Shown: positions 7,135 through 16,708 of the stretch, piece after piece
How the letters are laid out: every line of letters starts with the position of its first letter
Numbering within the stretch: the stretch's first letter is position 1
Assembly: GCA_910586295.1 (NCBI GenBank)
Contig: CAJUGE010000062.1
Span: forward strand, 1 to 32,000
From: an uncultured Bacilli bacterium
Lineage (GTDB): Bacteria > Bacillota_I > Bacilli_A > RF39 > UBA660
Reading direction: 5' to 3'
DNA: 32,000 bases
Program-made: the position numbers and the translations under genes
Notes under the pieces: model-generated
What the model saw: the letters and a program-made list of their open reading frames with translations, nothing else
Databases searched by the model: none
Told to the model about the DNA's origin: nothing

Positions 7135-7866
7135 ATGAGAGATGTGTTGTTATTATATTCTGGTGGGCTTGATTCATTATTATCTCTTTGTCGTTTGGTT
7201 AGTGAGGGTTATAATGTGTATTTTATTCATTTTGATAATGGAAGTAGTATAGGTATAGAAAGAGTTAGTGAAGGAGCTAAAATTATTGAAAAGCGTCTTG
7301 AAGGAAGGGCTAGATATCTAGGCGTTGTTTCGACAGTTGGAATTTTTAATAGCTTTAAGCAAATTGAAAATTTAAGTTTTTCTGATATTGCTAATAAGTA
7401 TGGGAATGCTAGTATTTCACAATATCAATGTTTACTTTGTAGAAGCGCTATGTATGAAAGAGCTATTGGAATTGCACTCCAACATAATATTCACTATATT
7501 GCAGAGGGTGCTAGAGTATGTCAGAAGTTTGCTATAGAACAAGCACCTATGATAGAAGAATATAGGAGACTTGTAGAAAGATATGATATTAAACTTCTTA
7601 CACCTGTATGGGATTTAAAAAATGATTATGATAGACTTCTAGAGATTTCAGATTGGGGGTTTGATTTAACGCCTTATGAGGGACGATGTTTTTTAGGATA
7701 TCCAATTGACGAAAATCATCCTGTAGATAAAAATGTCGTTAATGATATAGTTAGAATGTTTAGAGATTTAGTACTTCCATGTATAGAAAAAGATATGAAT
7801 AGTGAGTATAGAATTGGACATTATAAACATTTGCAATTAGGACACGATAAAGTCTTTTGGCTATAA
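7135..7866 (+). CDS. PP-loop (adenine nucleotide alpha-hydrolase superfamily) ATPase, QueC/TtcA-like (243 aa from ATG 7135)
   Basis: The track ORF starts at 7075, but ATG 7135 has an AGGAGGAGG RBS about 8 nt upstream. N-terminal LLLYSGGLDS is the SGGxDS PP-loop. The later CLLCRSAMYERAIGIALQHNIHYIAEGAR resembles the CxxC..R....A.....I..G segment of TtcA/TilS-type enzymes. Confidence 0.7.
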   Translation: MRDVLLLYSGGLDSLLSLCRLVSEGYNVYFIHFDNGSSIGIERVSEGAKIIEKRLEGRARYLGVVSTVGIFNSFKQIENLSFSDIANKYGNASISQYQCLLCRSAMYERAIGIALQHNIHYIAEGARVCQKFAIEQAPMIEEYRRLVERYDIKLLTPVWDLKNDYDRLLEISDWGFDLTPYEGRCFLGYPIDENHPVDKNVVNDIVRMFRDLVLPCIEKDMNSEYRIGHYKHLQLGHDKVFWL

Positions 7867-7868
7867 AG

Positions 7869-7896
7869 AAAATGCTTTACTTATGTAGAGCATTTT
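7869..7896. terminator. Bidirectional terminator hairpin between the PP-loop gene and the sigma factor gene
   Basis: AAAATGCTTTAC / GTAGAGCATTTT stem (one mismatch) with a TTAT loop, flanked by T-rich sequence on both strands. Confidence 0.5.
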
Positions 7897-8496
7897 TTAA
7901 TTATTAAGTTTTAATTTTATTTTTATTCTTTGTATAGTATTTTCTATGCTTCTTGTAGTCTTTTCGAGTATTTTTGATATTTCTTTGTTTGATTTGCCGT
8001 CTAATTTTAGTTCATATACTTTTAGTTCAAAGGGAGTTAGAAGTTTTACTATTTCTACTCTATTTTCTAGGTCTATTAATTTTATTTCGGGAGTTATATC
8101 GTTTCTTTCTACAACGCTATACAAGCTTTGTTGTTCTTCTATAGAAAAAGTATCAAGAGAAATAGCACTGTTAAGTGAATGATATTTGATTCTACTATGA
8201 GATTTTATTATGTCTTGTATATATCTTTCTATTAAAATGTTAGCATATGTTCTAAATGAAGCTTCTTTTATACTGTCATAAGTTTTGACAGCTGTTGTAA
8301 GCCCTATTAAACCTTCTTGTTTTAAGTCTTTTATTTCTAGACCAATGCTATTCGCTTTATTTTTATATTTGTTTATTACGTTTTGTATTACAGAGTTGTA
8401 TCTTTCTATTAGTGTTTCAAATGCTTGTTCATCGTTTTCACTTATTAAAAATAATAGTTCATTATCGTCCATATTTTTGTGCATCTTTACCTCCAT
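7897..8496 (-). CDS. sigH: RNA polymerase sigma-70 family factor, SigH-like
   Basis: ORF track. Region 2 (LKQEGLIGLTTAVKTYD...SFRTYANILIERYI) and a region 4 HTH (GKSNKEISKILEKTTRSIENTIQRIKIKL). It lies directly after rlmB, as sigH does in Bacillus-type gene order. Later in-frame ATGs could be the true start. Confidence 0.7.
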   Translation of the reverse strand: MEVKMHKNMDDNELLFLISENDEQAFETLIERYNSVIQNVINKYKNKANSIGLEIKDLKQEGLIGLTTAVKTYDSIKEASFRTYANILIERYIQDIIKSHSRIKYHSLNSAISLDTFSIEEQQSLYSVVERNDITPEIKLIDLENRVEIVKLLTPFELKVYELKLDGKSNKEISKILEKTTRSIENTIQRIKIKLKLNN

Positions 8497-9182
8497 GTTG
8501 CTACTTCATAGATTATTATGCCTGCCGCGACTGAAGCATTCAGGCTATTTACTTTTCCTTTGATAGGAATACTTGCTATTATATCACAAGTTTCTCTAAC
8601 TATGTGTTTTAAACCAAATCCTTCACTTCCAATTACTAGTGCAGTTTTTCCATCATAGTCAATTTCTTTATAATTTTTACCATCTGCATCTGTTCCTATA
8701 ACCCAATATCCTAATTTTTTTAAGTTTGTTAGTGTATTTCTTAAGTTTGAGACTTTTACAATTTTTACGTTTGCTAGTGCACCAGAGGATGTTTTTACTA
8801 CCGCGGGTGTTATTTCCGAATTACCTTTGTTTGGAATTATTATGTAGTCTACTCCTGCACATTCACATGTTCTTATTATAGCGCCAAAGTTTCTAGGATC
8901 TTCAATATGGTCTAATACGACTACAAAGTTGGCGGATTCATCTTTTTTTATAGTTTCAAAGTCAAGAAATTTATAATCATCTATTTTTATTATTATTCCT
9001 TGATGAGGTTCTGTGGTCATTAAAGACATTTCGCTTTGTTTTTTTGTTTGTGGGGTTATGTTTTGTCTTTTTATTAGATTTAATAATTCTTGGTTGTTAA
9101 ATGTTTCTAATAAGTAGATTTCCTGTATTTTTAAGTTACTGTTTAATATTTCTCTTGCAACATTTTTTCCGTATACTAGCAT
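8487..9182 (-). CDS. rlmB: 23S rRNA (guanosine-2'-O)-methyltransferase RlmB / TrmH-family SPOUT methyltransferase
   Basis: ORF track. SPOUT motifs VVLDHIEDPRNFGAIIRT, LVIGSEGFGL and IPIKGKVNSLNASVAAGIIIYE. Confidence 0.8.
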   Translation of the reverse strand: MLVYGKNVAREILNSNLKIQEIYLLETFNNQELLNLIKRQNITPQTKKQSEMSLMTTEPHQGIIIKIDDYKFLDFETIKKDESANFVVVLDHIEDPRNFGAIIRTCECAGVDYIIIPNKGNSEITPAVVKTSSGALANVKIVKVSNLRNTLTNLKKLGYWVIGTDADGKNYKEIDYDGKTALVIGSEGFGLKHIVRETCDIIASIPIKGKVNSLNASVAAGIIIYEVATWR

Positions 9183-9212
9183 AAGACCACTCCTTTAAGT
9201 TTATATTATATA

Positions 9213-10097
9213 TTATTTTTCTAGTTCTGTTAAGTATTTTTTTGCTTTTGTTGCTGATAAGGCACCTTCACTAGTAGCTGTTACAATTTGGTATAAATCT
9301 TTTTTTATTATGTCTCCACACGCAAATAGTCCAGGTACTAAAGTTTCTGTTTCTTTTGTTTCTATATATCCAGTTGATTCTAAAATATTTAGATTACTTA
9401 GATATTCTGTCATTGGAGAATACCCTATATACGAAAATATTCCATCTACTTTTATAGTATTATTTGGAGTTATTACTTTATAGGCTTCATTTTCTGTTAT
9501 GACATCTTTTATTTCTTCTCCTTCGATGATAGTTATGTTTTCTTTGTTTTTAGCGGTTTCTACCATTTCTTCATCAGCTTTTACTTCGCTTCTTGCAAGT
9601 ATTGTTAGGTGGTTTGCAAATTCGCTTAGATATATTCCTTCTTCAAATGCTGAGTTTCCTGCTCCGATTACTAACACATCTTTTTCTTTGTAAAGTGGAG
9701 CATCACATATAGCACATCTTGATATTTTAAGATCACTTAGTTTTTCTTCTAAGTCTAGTTTTCTTGGTTGACGTCCCCCAGCTAGGATTACTGTTTTGGC
9801 TTCATATTTATTTTTGTTTGTTTCTATTTTAAAGATATTGTTATCTTTTGTTATTTTTTTTACTTCTTCTATTTTGTATTCTACTTCATTATTTTTTACA
9901 TGTTCAAACATTTTCATTGCTAGCTCTGGGCCTGTAATATTGTCGTATCCTAGATAGTTATCTACTAAGTTAGTTATATTTATTAGCCCACCTGGTGTAT
10001 TTTTTTCTAATATTATTGTTTTTAAACCACTTCTTTTTGCATATATTCCTGCACTCATTCCTGCAGGTCCCATTCCTACGATTAAACAGTCGTACAT
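9213..10097 (-). CDS. trxB: Thioredoxin-disulfide reductase
   Basis: ORF track. FAD site IVGMGPAGMSAG, redox-active CAICD, NADPH site VIGAGNSAFEEG and the C-terminal GLFACGD. Confidence 0.85.
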   Translation of the reverse strand: MYDCLIVGMGPAGMSAGIYAKRSGLKTIILEKNTPGGLINITNLVDNYLGYDNITGPELAMKMFEHVKNNEVEYKIEEVKKITKDNNIFKIETNKNKYEAKTVILAGGRQPRKLDLEEKLSDLKISRCAICDAPLYKEKDVLVIGAGNSAFEEGIYLSEFANHLTILARSEVKADEEMVETAKNKENITIIEGEEIKDVITENEAYKVITPNNTIKVDGIFSYIGYSPMTEYLSNLNILESTGYIETKETETLVPGLFACGDIIKKDLYQIVTATSEGALSATKAKKYLTELEK

Positions 10098-10109
10098 TTT
10101 ATTCCTCCT

Positions 10110-10928
10110 TTAAAAATTAACTATTTCTATTTTTTCTTCGGTTTTATATAAGTTTTCTAGTTTTGGTCTTCTTATTGGAAGTAAGTATAAGACTAATCCT
10201 GCTATAAACATTATTATACTCATTATTTGCGCAACTTTAAAGTATCCAAACATTAGGCTATCTGTTCTTAGGCTTTCTATGAAGAATCTTCCTACACTAT
10301 ACCACATAAGATATACACCTATTTGTTGTCCAACACGAGTGTATTTTAGTTTTCTTATTATAAGGATAACTATGACTCCAAGTAAACACCAAAGTGATTC
10401 ATAGTAGAAAGTTGGCGTTCTATAGTAACCATCTATGTGCATGCCATATATTACAAAGTCTGGTATTATTTTTAGACTTTTTAAGTGTTCAAATGTTGTT
10501 ACAGGACCAAATGCTTCACTGTTCATGAAGTTACCCCATCTTCCTATCGCTTGTGCTAGTAAGATGTATGGAGATGCAATATCTAACATTCTAAGTCCTG
10601 AGACTTTATATTTTCTTGAGTACAGTATTACTACTAGCGCACCTGCGATTAGTCCACCATGTATTGCGAGTCCTCCATTCCATATTTGCCAAATTTCATT
10701 TATGTTAGCACTATAGTAATCCCAGTTAAATGCTACATAATAAGTTCTAGCTCCTATAATACCGAATACTACTGCCCAAAATATCAAGTTAAGTAGAAAA
10801 TCTTTTTTTATTTCAAATTTTCTTGCTTCATTGTTTACAAAAATCCATGCTAGCATTATTCCTGCTAATATGAATATGCTATACCATTTTATATTGATTC
10901 CATGAAACTGTATTGCATACGGATTCAT
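10110..10928 (-). CDS. lgt: Prolipoprotein diacylglyceryl transferase
   Basis: ORF track. Typical Lgt architecture and motifs (GIIGARTYYV, GGLAIHGGLIAG, GRWGNFMNSEAFG). Confidence 0.9.
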   Translation of the reverse strand: MNPYAIQFHGINIKWYSIFILAGIMLAWIFVNNEARKFEIKKDFLLNLIFWAVVFGIIGARTYYVAFNWDYYSANINEIWQIWNGGLAIHGGLIAGALVVILYSRKYKVSGLRMLDIASPYILLAQAIGRWGNFMNSEAFGPVTTFEHLKSLKIIPDFVIYGMHIDGYYRTPTFYYESLWCLLGVIVILIIRKLKYTRVGQQIGVYLMWYSVGRFFIESLRTDSLMFGYFKVAQIMSIIMFIAGLVLYLLPIRRPKLENLYKTEEKIEIVNF

Positions 10929-11350
10929 AATATACTCCTTTCTTTAAATGACTGTACTACACTTTTATTTAGTACTTCTGTTACTAAGCTTATAAATATT
11001 GATATAAAGAATGGTAGAAACCATCCATTTACAATGAATGAACTACCCATTAGTGCACTTGCAAGTTTTAGAATAATTACGTTTACAATTGGATGAAGTA
11101 GTCCTAGTGATAGTATGGTTACTGGTAATGTTAGTAATTCTAGAAGTGGCTTTATAGTGGCGTCTAGAACACTTATTAATAATGCAGTTAATATCGCATA
11201 CAGAAAGTTTTCCACATAGAATCCTTTGAATATTGTCGAAGCTAGCATTAGAGTTAGCGCGCTTACTATAAGTTCTAATAACATAGTTATTAGTGTATTA
11301 TTTTTTGAATATACTTTTATTTCTTGTCCATTTCTATATATTTTAGTCAA
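10925..11350 (-). CDS. DUF360 / holin-4-like (YvlD-type) small membrane protein
   Basis: ORF track (TTG start with an AGGTGA RBS). Four hydrophobic helices. TIKPLLELLTLPVTILSLGL is typical of the family. 4-nt overlap with lgt. Confidence 0.55.
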   Translation of the reverse strand: MTKIYRNGQEIKVYSKNNTLITMLLELIVSALTLMLASTIFKGFYVENFLYAILTALLISVLDATIKPLLELLTLPVTILSLGLLHPIVNVIILKLASALMGSSFIVNGWFLPFFISIFISLVTEVLNKSVVQSFKERSIL

Positions 11351-11436
11351 TATATCACCTACTTACATTAATATTATACACTAAAAAATATAAATATTAA
11401 ATAATACTTGTCTATAGTTTACTCTTTTGTAACAGA

Positions 11437-11479
11437 AAAATGTAAGGTTATTTTATAATTCTAATAACTCTTACATTTT
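11437..11479 (-). terminator. Long hairpin, probable terminator of the 11483..12172 gene
   Basis: AAAATGTAAG/CTTACATTTT outer stem plus an inner GTTATT/AATAAC stem, starting 4 nt after the stop codon. The U-tract is mostly inside the stem, so this is weaker than a canonical terminator. Confidence 0.45.
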
Positions 11480-11482
11480 AGT

Positions 11483-12172
11483 TTATTTTAATTTTAAAAC
11501 TGATGGGATTTCATTACTGCTTAGTTCTTCCTCTGTTGGTAAGGATTTTCCGTTAAAGTCAAATCCAGTTATTTCTATAGTTCTATTTTCAAGACTTTTT
11601 CTTCTATCAACATTAAGCAAATATGTTGGTGTACTCTTAGGTCCATTAGAAAGTTCAAATAACCAGCGTACTTCACATCCATTTATCTTAGCATTTCTAT
11701 CATGAAAATCAAATTGACCATCTGTGTAATACTTTCTAGTTATCATTGCTCGTGTTTGGGAAAGTCTACACATTTCAAAATAATAATATCTATTTAATAA
11801 TTCCCTTAATTTTGTTATTTCTACTCTGTCTACTTTAAGTTCTTCTAACATTCTCATGTTTTCTATGTATGTTTCTAAGATTCTTGGATTGTTGTTTGCA
11901 AGTTTTAGAGCGTTAGTTATAATTTCATAGTTACTAAATATGCTTCGAATGTCAAGTTTATATTTTCTTAGAAATTGTATTACACCTTTTTTATTTTTTA
12001 CTAAAGATAAAGTTTCATGTATTCCACCTAGGACTGCACTCGTTACTAAATCTAATCTTTTCAATTCTTCCATTTGACTAAATAAGTTAAGTGTTTCTTC
12101 TATTCCGTTATTCTTTGCACATTCAAATATTCTTTTGTATCCTGTACTTTCTTTGTATTCTGTTATTATCAT
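11483..12172 (-). CDS. Hypothetical protein (229 aa), no motif recognised
   Basis: ORF track. Long ORF with normal local codon composition, followed by a hairpin. Confidence 0.5.
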   Translation of the reverse strand: MIITEYKESTGYKRIFECAKNNGIEETLNLFSQMEELKRLDLVTSAVLGGIHETLSLVKNKKGVIQFLRKYKLDIRSIFSNYEIITNALKLANNNPRILETYIENMRMLEELKVDRVEITKLRELLNRYYYFEMCRLSQTRAMITRKYYTDGQFDFHDRNAKINGCEVRWLFELSNGPKSTPTYLLNVDRRKSLENRTIEITGFDFNGKSLPTEEELSSNEIPSVLKLK

Positions 12173-12250
12173 TTTTTAAACCTCCATCAGATTCATTATA
12201 ACATTTTAACTTACTAAATGTATATGAAAAAATTATTTTTTAGAAGGCGA

Positions 12251-12450
12251 TTCGAATTAGCCAGTGTGTCCACTTCGGAAAAGCCAATATATATACTTCG
12301 AATTAGCCATAACATATAATAAGAAAAAGTTAGAGTTTTTACCTTCTAACTTTTACAATACATTTTTCAAGTATTTTCCTGTGAAACTGTCTGGATTCTT
12401 TGCTACTTCTTCTGGGGTACCTGTGCAAAACTATATTCCCACCTAAGTCT
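12251..12450. repeat. Direct repeat copy A (about 200 bp), pairing with 13794..13992
   Basis: The core 12296..12450 aligns to 13838..13992 with 3 substitutions and a 1-nt indel. The outer 45 bp is more diverged but keeps the doubled motif TTCGAATTAG(C/T)C. Confidence 0.85.
12353..12450 (-). pseudogene. Duplicated 3'-terminal fragment of uvrA (last ~32 codons plus stop), non-functional
   Basis: Nearly identical to uvrA 13896..13992, but with an extra A (GCAAAACT vs GCAAACT) and no upstream coding continuation. A copy of the uvrA terminator hairpin follows. Confidence 0.8.
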
Positions 12451-12507
12451 ATTATTTAATTGCTAATTTTATATTTCCAATTAGATTCAGTTTGTTTTCC
12501 ATAGTAT

Positions 12508-13734
12508 TTATTTCTCATTGTTTTTTGCATTTAAAACCGACGACACTGGTATTATAAAATTATTTTCGTCTAAATGCATTAACGTATCATATAAGCATAT
12601 TATGCCACCCTCACCTAGCTCTTTAGTGCCAAGTTTTAATTTTTCAAACTTTTTTATCATTTCTTTTGTAGGAGATGCAGTCTTTTTTATTTCAAAAGGA
12701 TATAATTTATTATTTTTAAATATTATTAAATCTATTTCGTTTTTATCTTTATCTCTGTAATAAGATATATTTGGTTCGATTCCTTCAGAGTTATATGACT
12801 TAATGATTTCGCTTACTATATATGTTTCTAAGTAATGTCCAGATGTTTCACTTAATTGAAGTTCTCTAGCAGAGTCCCATCCTGCTAAGTACGCACATAG
12901 TCCTGTATCCATAAAAACTATTTTTGGCATGTGTGTCACTCTTTTTAATTTTGAATTCATATATGGTTCAAGTAAATAAATAATTCCACTTGTAACTAGA
13001 ACATCAACCCAAGTCCTAACAGTATTATCAGACACACCTATATCATTGGCAATATTTGTGTAATTAAGTTGTTCTCCATTTCTTGAGGCCATTGCTATTA
13101 TAAATTTTCTAAATAATAATAAATCTTTTACATCTACTTGTTCTTTCACATCTCTAGAAATATATGTTTTAACATAACCTTCAAAAAATTTTTTTCTATT
13201 CATGTTTGGAATATTATAGAGTTCTGGATATCCGCCTTTAAATATTAATTCAAATAATTCATTAACATTTATTTCAGGAGTTTTCTTTAGATTAGTGGGA
13301 TTAAATAAAACTTTATCTTTAATGTTTTGGTTTATTTCTCTATAAGTTAAACTATTTAAATTTACTATTCCTACTCTACCTGCTAAACTTTCTGTAACAT
13401 TTTTCATTAGTACAAATTGTTGTGAACCTGTTAACCAATACATTCCTCTTTCATTTTTTTCGTCTACTATCATTTTTATATACGGAAATAATTCAGGAGC
13501 GTATTGCACTTCATCTATTAATAGTGGATAAGGATGCTCTTTTAAAAATAGTTTTGGATCTTCTTTGGCCTTTTGTCTTAGAATTTTATCATCCAATGTT
13601 ACATAATTCATGTTTTTAGGCATATTCTGTTTTAATAATGTGGTTTTACCTACTTGTCTAGGGCCTGTTACTAATAATACTCTAAATGTTTCTGATATAT
13701 TTTTTACTGTGTTTAATGCTTCTCTTTCTATCAT
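12508..13734 (-). CDS. AAA+ ATPase with a C-terminal DUF4143 / PD-(D/E)xK-like domain (COG1373-type)
   Basis: The track ORF starts at TTG 13788; ATG 13734 (MIEREALN...) is more plausible. Walker A LLVTGPRQVGKTTLL, Walker B LLIDEVQYAP, and C-terminal EIDLII...PFEIKK. Confidence 0.8.
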   Translation of the reverse strand: MIEREALNTVKNISETFRVLLVTGPRQVGKTTLLKQNMPKNMNYVTLDDKILRQKAKEDPKLFLKEHPYPLLIDEVQYAPELFPYIKMIVDEKNERGMYWLTGSQQFVLMKNVTESLAGRVGIVNLNSLTYREINQNIKDKVLFNPTNLKKTPEINVNELFELIFKGGYPELYNIPNMNRKKFFEGYVKTYISRDVKEQVDVKDLLLFRKFIIAMASRNGEQLNYTNIANDIGVSDNTVRTWVDVLVTSGIIYLLEPYMNSKLKRVTHMPKIVFMDTGLCAYLAGWDSARELQLSETSGHYLETYIVSEIIKSYNSEGIEPNISYYRDKDKNEIDLIIFKNNKLYPFEIKKTASPTKEMIKKFEKLKLGTKELGEGGIICLYDTLMHLDENNFIIPVSSVLNAKNNEK

Positions 13735-13793
13735 ATTATCACTCTTTCTACACCAAATAATAACATATAATTTGTAATTAATCAACAATTAAC

Positions 13794-13992
13794 TTCGAAT
13801 TAGTCGTGATTGTTACTTCGAAAAAGTCAACATATTCACTTCGAATTAGTCATAACATATAATAAGAAAAAGTTAGAGTTTTTACCTTCTAACTTTTACA
13901 ATACATTTTTCAAGTATTTTCCTGTGAAACTGTCTGGATTCTTTGCTACTTCTTCTGGTGTGCCTGTGCAAACTATATTCCCACCTAAGTCT
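13794..13992. repeat. Direct repeat copy B, containing the authentic uvrA 3' end and terminator
   Basis: See 12251..12450. Confidence 0.85.
13861..13896 (-). terminator. Rho-independent terminator of uvrA
   Basis: AAAGTTAGA/TCTAACTTT 9-bp stem with a 10-nt loop, followed on the minus strand by TTCTTATT. A copy is present in repeat A. Confidence 0.6.
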
Positions 13993-16706
13993 CCACCTTC
14001 TGGTCCTAAGTCTATTAAGTGGTCAGCTACTTTTATTATGTCTAGGTTGTGTTCAATTACTATAACTGTATCTCCGTTGTCAACTATTCTGTTAAGTATT
14101 TCAAGTAATTTTTTTATGTCGTCTGTGTGAAGTCCTGTAGATGGTTCGTCAAGTATGTAAACACTTTTTCCAGTTGGCTTTTTTTGAAGTTCTTTTGCTA
14201 GTTTTACACGTCCTGCTTCTCCTCCAGATAGTGTTACTGCATTTTGCCCGAGTCTTACATATCCTAGTCCTACATCGTGCATTGTATCTAGTATTCTTTT
14301 TACTTTTGGTACACTTTCAAATATTTCTAGTGCCTCGTCTACTCTTAAGTTTAATACATCTGCAATATTTAGTCCTTTAAATTTTATATTCAGTGTTTCA
14401 TTATTGTATCTTTTTCCATGGCATACGTCACAAGGTACATACACATCTGGAAGAAAGTGCATTTCGATTTTCTTTACACCATCTCCATTACAGGCTTCAC
14501 ATCTTCCACCTTTTACATTGAATGAGAAACGACTTTTGTTGTATCCCCTCATTTTTGCTTCTTTAGTTTCAGTGAATACATCTCTAATTAAATCAAATAG
14601 TCCAACATATGTTGCTGGGTTACTTCTTGGTGTTCTTCCTATAGGATCTTGACTAATATATACAACTTTGTCTACATCATTATCACCTTTTATTGTTTTA
14701 AATTTCCCTGGTTTGTCTTTAGAACGATATAGAGTACTTGATAACTTTTTGTAAAGTATTTCGTTTACTAGACTACTTTTTCCAGAGCCACTTACACCTG
14801 TTACACATGTAAATGTTCCTTTAGGGAATTTTACGTTTATGTTTTTTAAGTTGTTTTCACTTGCACCTTTTATTTCTATGAATTTTCCATTTCCTTTTCT
14901 TCTTTTCTTTGGAACTTCTATTTTCATTTTTCCACTTAAATATTGTCCAGTAATACTTTTTTCATTTTTCATTACTTCTTCTGGTGTACCTGTCGCGATT
15001 ACATAGCCTCCATGTTCTCCTGCGACTGGACCTATATCTATAATGTAATCACTTGCTAGCATAGTGTCTGTGTCATGTTCTACTACTATAAGAGTGTTTC
15101 CTAAGTCTCTCATTTCTTTTAGAGACGCGATTAGTTTGTCGTTGTCTCTTTGGTGAAGTCCTATGCTAGGTTCATCTAAGACATAGAGTATTCCAGATAG
15201 TTTACTACCTATTTGTGTTGCTAGACGTATTCTTTGTGATTCTCCACCAGATAGTGTTCCTGCACTTCTACTTAGTGTTAAATAGTCTAGTCCTACATTG
15301 TGTAAAAATTTAAGCCTTTCTTTTATTTCTTTTAATATTAGAGAAGATATTTCTTCTTCTTGCTTAGTAAGTTTCATTTTTTCAAAGAATGGCACTAGTT
15401 CTCTAATTGACATATCTGTTATGTCTTTTATGTTCTTTTTATTTATGAAAACATTTAGTATTGGTTTAGAAAGTCTTGCGCCTTTACAAGTGTCACATGG
15501 AAGTTCTGTCATGTAGGTTTCTATCCATTCCCTTATGCTTGGGCTATTGGTTTCCATGTATCTTCTTTCTAAGTTGGTTATTATTCCTTCAAAGTAGTCA
15601 TGACTTTTTAATACACTTCCTGTTCTTGTTTCTACTTTAAAGTCTATTTTATCTTTTGAACCATAGAATATTGTATCAAACTCAAATTTTGTGTAGTCTT
15701 TTATTGGCTTGTTTAAGTCTATGTTGTAATGTTGTGCTACTATTGCTAATTTTCTGTATGCTATTTGAATTGTCTCTCCACTTTGGAAAGAAGCGACTGC
15801 ACCTTCAAGTATGCTTTTTGATTTGTCTGGTATAAGCAAATCTACATCTATACTCATTTTTACTCCTAGTCCTTTACATGTAGGACATGCTCCGTATGGA
15901 GAGTTGAACGAGAACATTCTTGGTTCTAATTCTGAAATGCTATAGTCACAGTCTGGGCAAGCATAGGATTCACTCATAAGTATTTCTTTATCTCCTATTA
16001 TATTTATTATTACTTTGCCACTTGCTAGTTTTGTGCTAAGTTCGATTGCTTCAAATAGTCTACTTCTTGATTTTTCATTAATTACTATTCTATCAATAAC
16101 TACTTCAATTGTATTTTTTATGTTTTTTTCTAAGACTATGTCTTCTGAAAGATTTTGTATTTCTCCATCTACTCTTACACGAGAGTATCCATCTTTTCTC
16201 AGGTCATCTAATAATTCTTTATGTGTTCCTTTTTCTCCTCTTACTATTGGAGATAAAACTTCAAGTTTAGTTCCTTCTGGGTATTCTAAGATTTTATTTA
16301 CCATTTCTTCTATAGATTGACTTTTTATAGGTGTTTTATGATTTGGACAGTAAGGAATACCAATTCTAGCGTATAATAATCTTAAGTAGTCATATATTTC
16401 TGTTACTGTTCCTACTGTACTTCTAGGGTTTTTGTTTGTTGTTTTTTGGTCAATTGAGATGCTTGGAGATAATCCATCAATCGAGTCTACGTCTGGCTTT
16501 TCTGAACCGCCTAAGAATTGACGTGCATAAGCACTTAGGGATTCTACATATCTTCTTTGACCTTCTGCATATATTGTGTCAAATGCTAGACTACTTTTTC
16601 CTGAACCACTTACTCCTGTCATTACTACTAGTTTGTTTTTGGGTATTTCTATATCGATATTTTTTAGGTTATTTTCTCTTGCGCCTTTTATTACTATTTT
16701 ATCCAT
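13896..16706 (-). CDS. uvrA: Excinuclease ABC subunit A
   Basis: ORF track, 936 aa. Two ABC modules (GVSGSGKSS twice, LSGGE twice) and zinc-finger Cys clusters. Unmistakable UvrA collinearity. Confidence 0.95.
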   Translation of the reverse strand: MDKIVIKGARENNLKNIDIEIPKNKLVVMTGVSGSGKSSLAFDTIYAEGQRRYVESLSAYARQFLGGSEKPDVDSIDGLSPSISIDQKTTNKNPRSTVGTVTEIYDYLRLLYARIGIPYCPNHKTPIKSQSIEEMVNKILEYPEGTKLEVLSPIVRGEKGTHKELLDDLRKDGYSRVRVDGEIQNLSEDIVLEKNIKNTIEVVIDRIVINEKSRSRLFEAIELSTKLASGKVIINIIGDKEILMSESYACPDCDYSISELEPRMFSFNSPYGACPTCKGLGVKMSIDVDLLIPDKSKSILEGAVASFQSGETIQIAYRKLAIVAQHYNIDLNKPIKDYTKFEFDTIFYGSKDKIDFKVETRTGSVLKSHDYFEGIITNLERRYMETNSPSIREWIETYMTELPCDTCKGARLSKPILNVFINKKNIKDITDMSIRELVPFFEKMKLTKQEEEISSLILKEIKERLKFLHNVGLDYLTLSRSAGTLSGGESQRIRLATQIGSKLSGILYVLDEPSIGLHQRDNDKLIASLKEMRDLGNTLIVVEHDTDTMLASDYIIDIGPVAGEHGGYVIATGTPEEVMKNEKSITGQYLSGKMKIEVPKKRRKGNGKFIEIKGASENNLKNINVKFPKGTFTCVTGVSGSGKSSLVNEILYKKLSSTLYRSKDKPGKFKTIKGDNDVDKVVYISQDPIGRTPRSNPATYVGLFDLIRDVFTETKEAKMRGYNKSRFSFNVKGGRCEACNGDGVKKIEMHFLPDVYVPCDVCHGKRYNNETLNIKFKGLNIADVLNLRVDEALEIFESVPKVKRILDTMHDVGLGYVRLGQNAVTLSGGEAGRVKLAKELQKKPTGKSVYILDEPSTGLHTDDIKKLLEILNRIVDNGDTVIVIEHNLDIIKVADHLIDLGPEGGDLGGNIVCTGTPEEVAKNPDSFTGKYLKNVL

Positions 16707-16708
16707 TT

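Noticed and set aside
12264-14130. Two similar plus-strand ORFs, 12264..12446 and 13810..14130, which might look like a small duplicated gene family
   Set aside because: Their similarity only reflects the 200-bp direct repeat. They read antisense through the uvrA 3' end and terminator, and they have no RBS.
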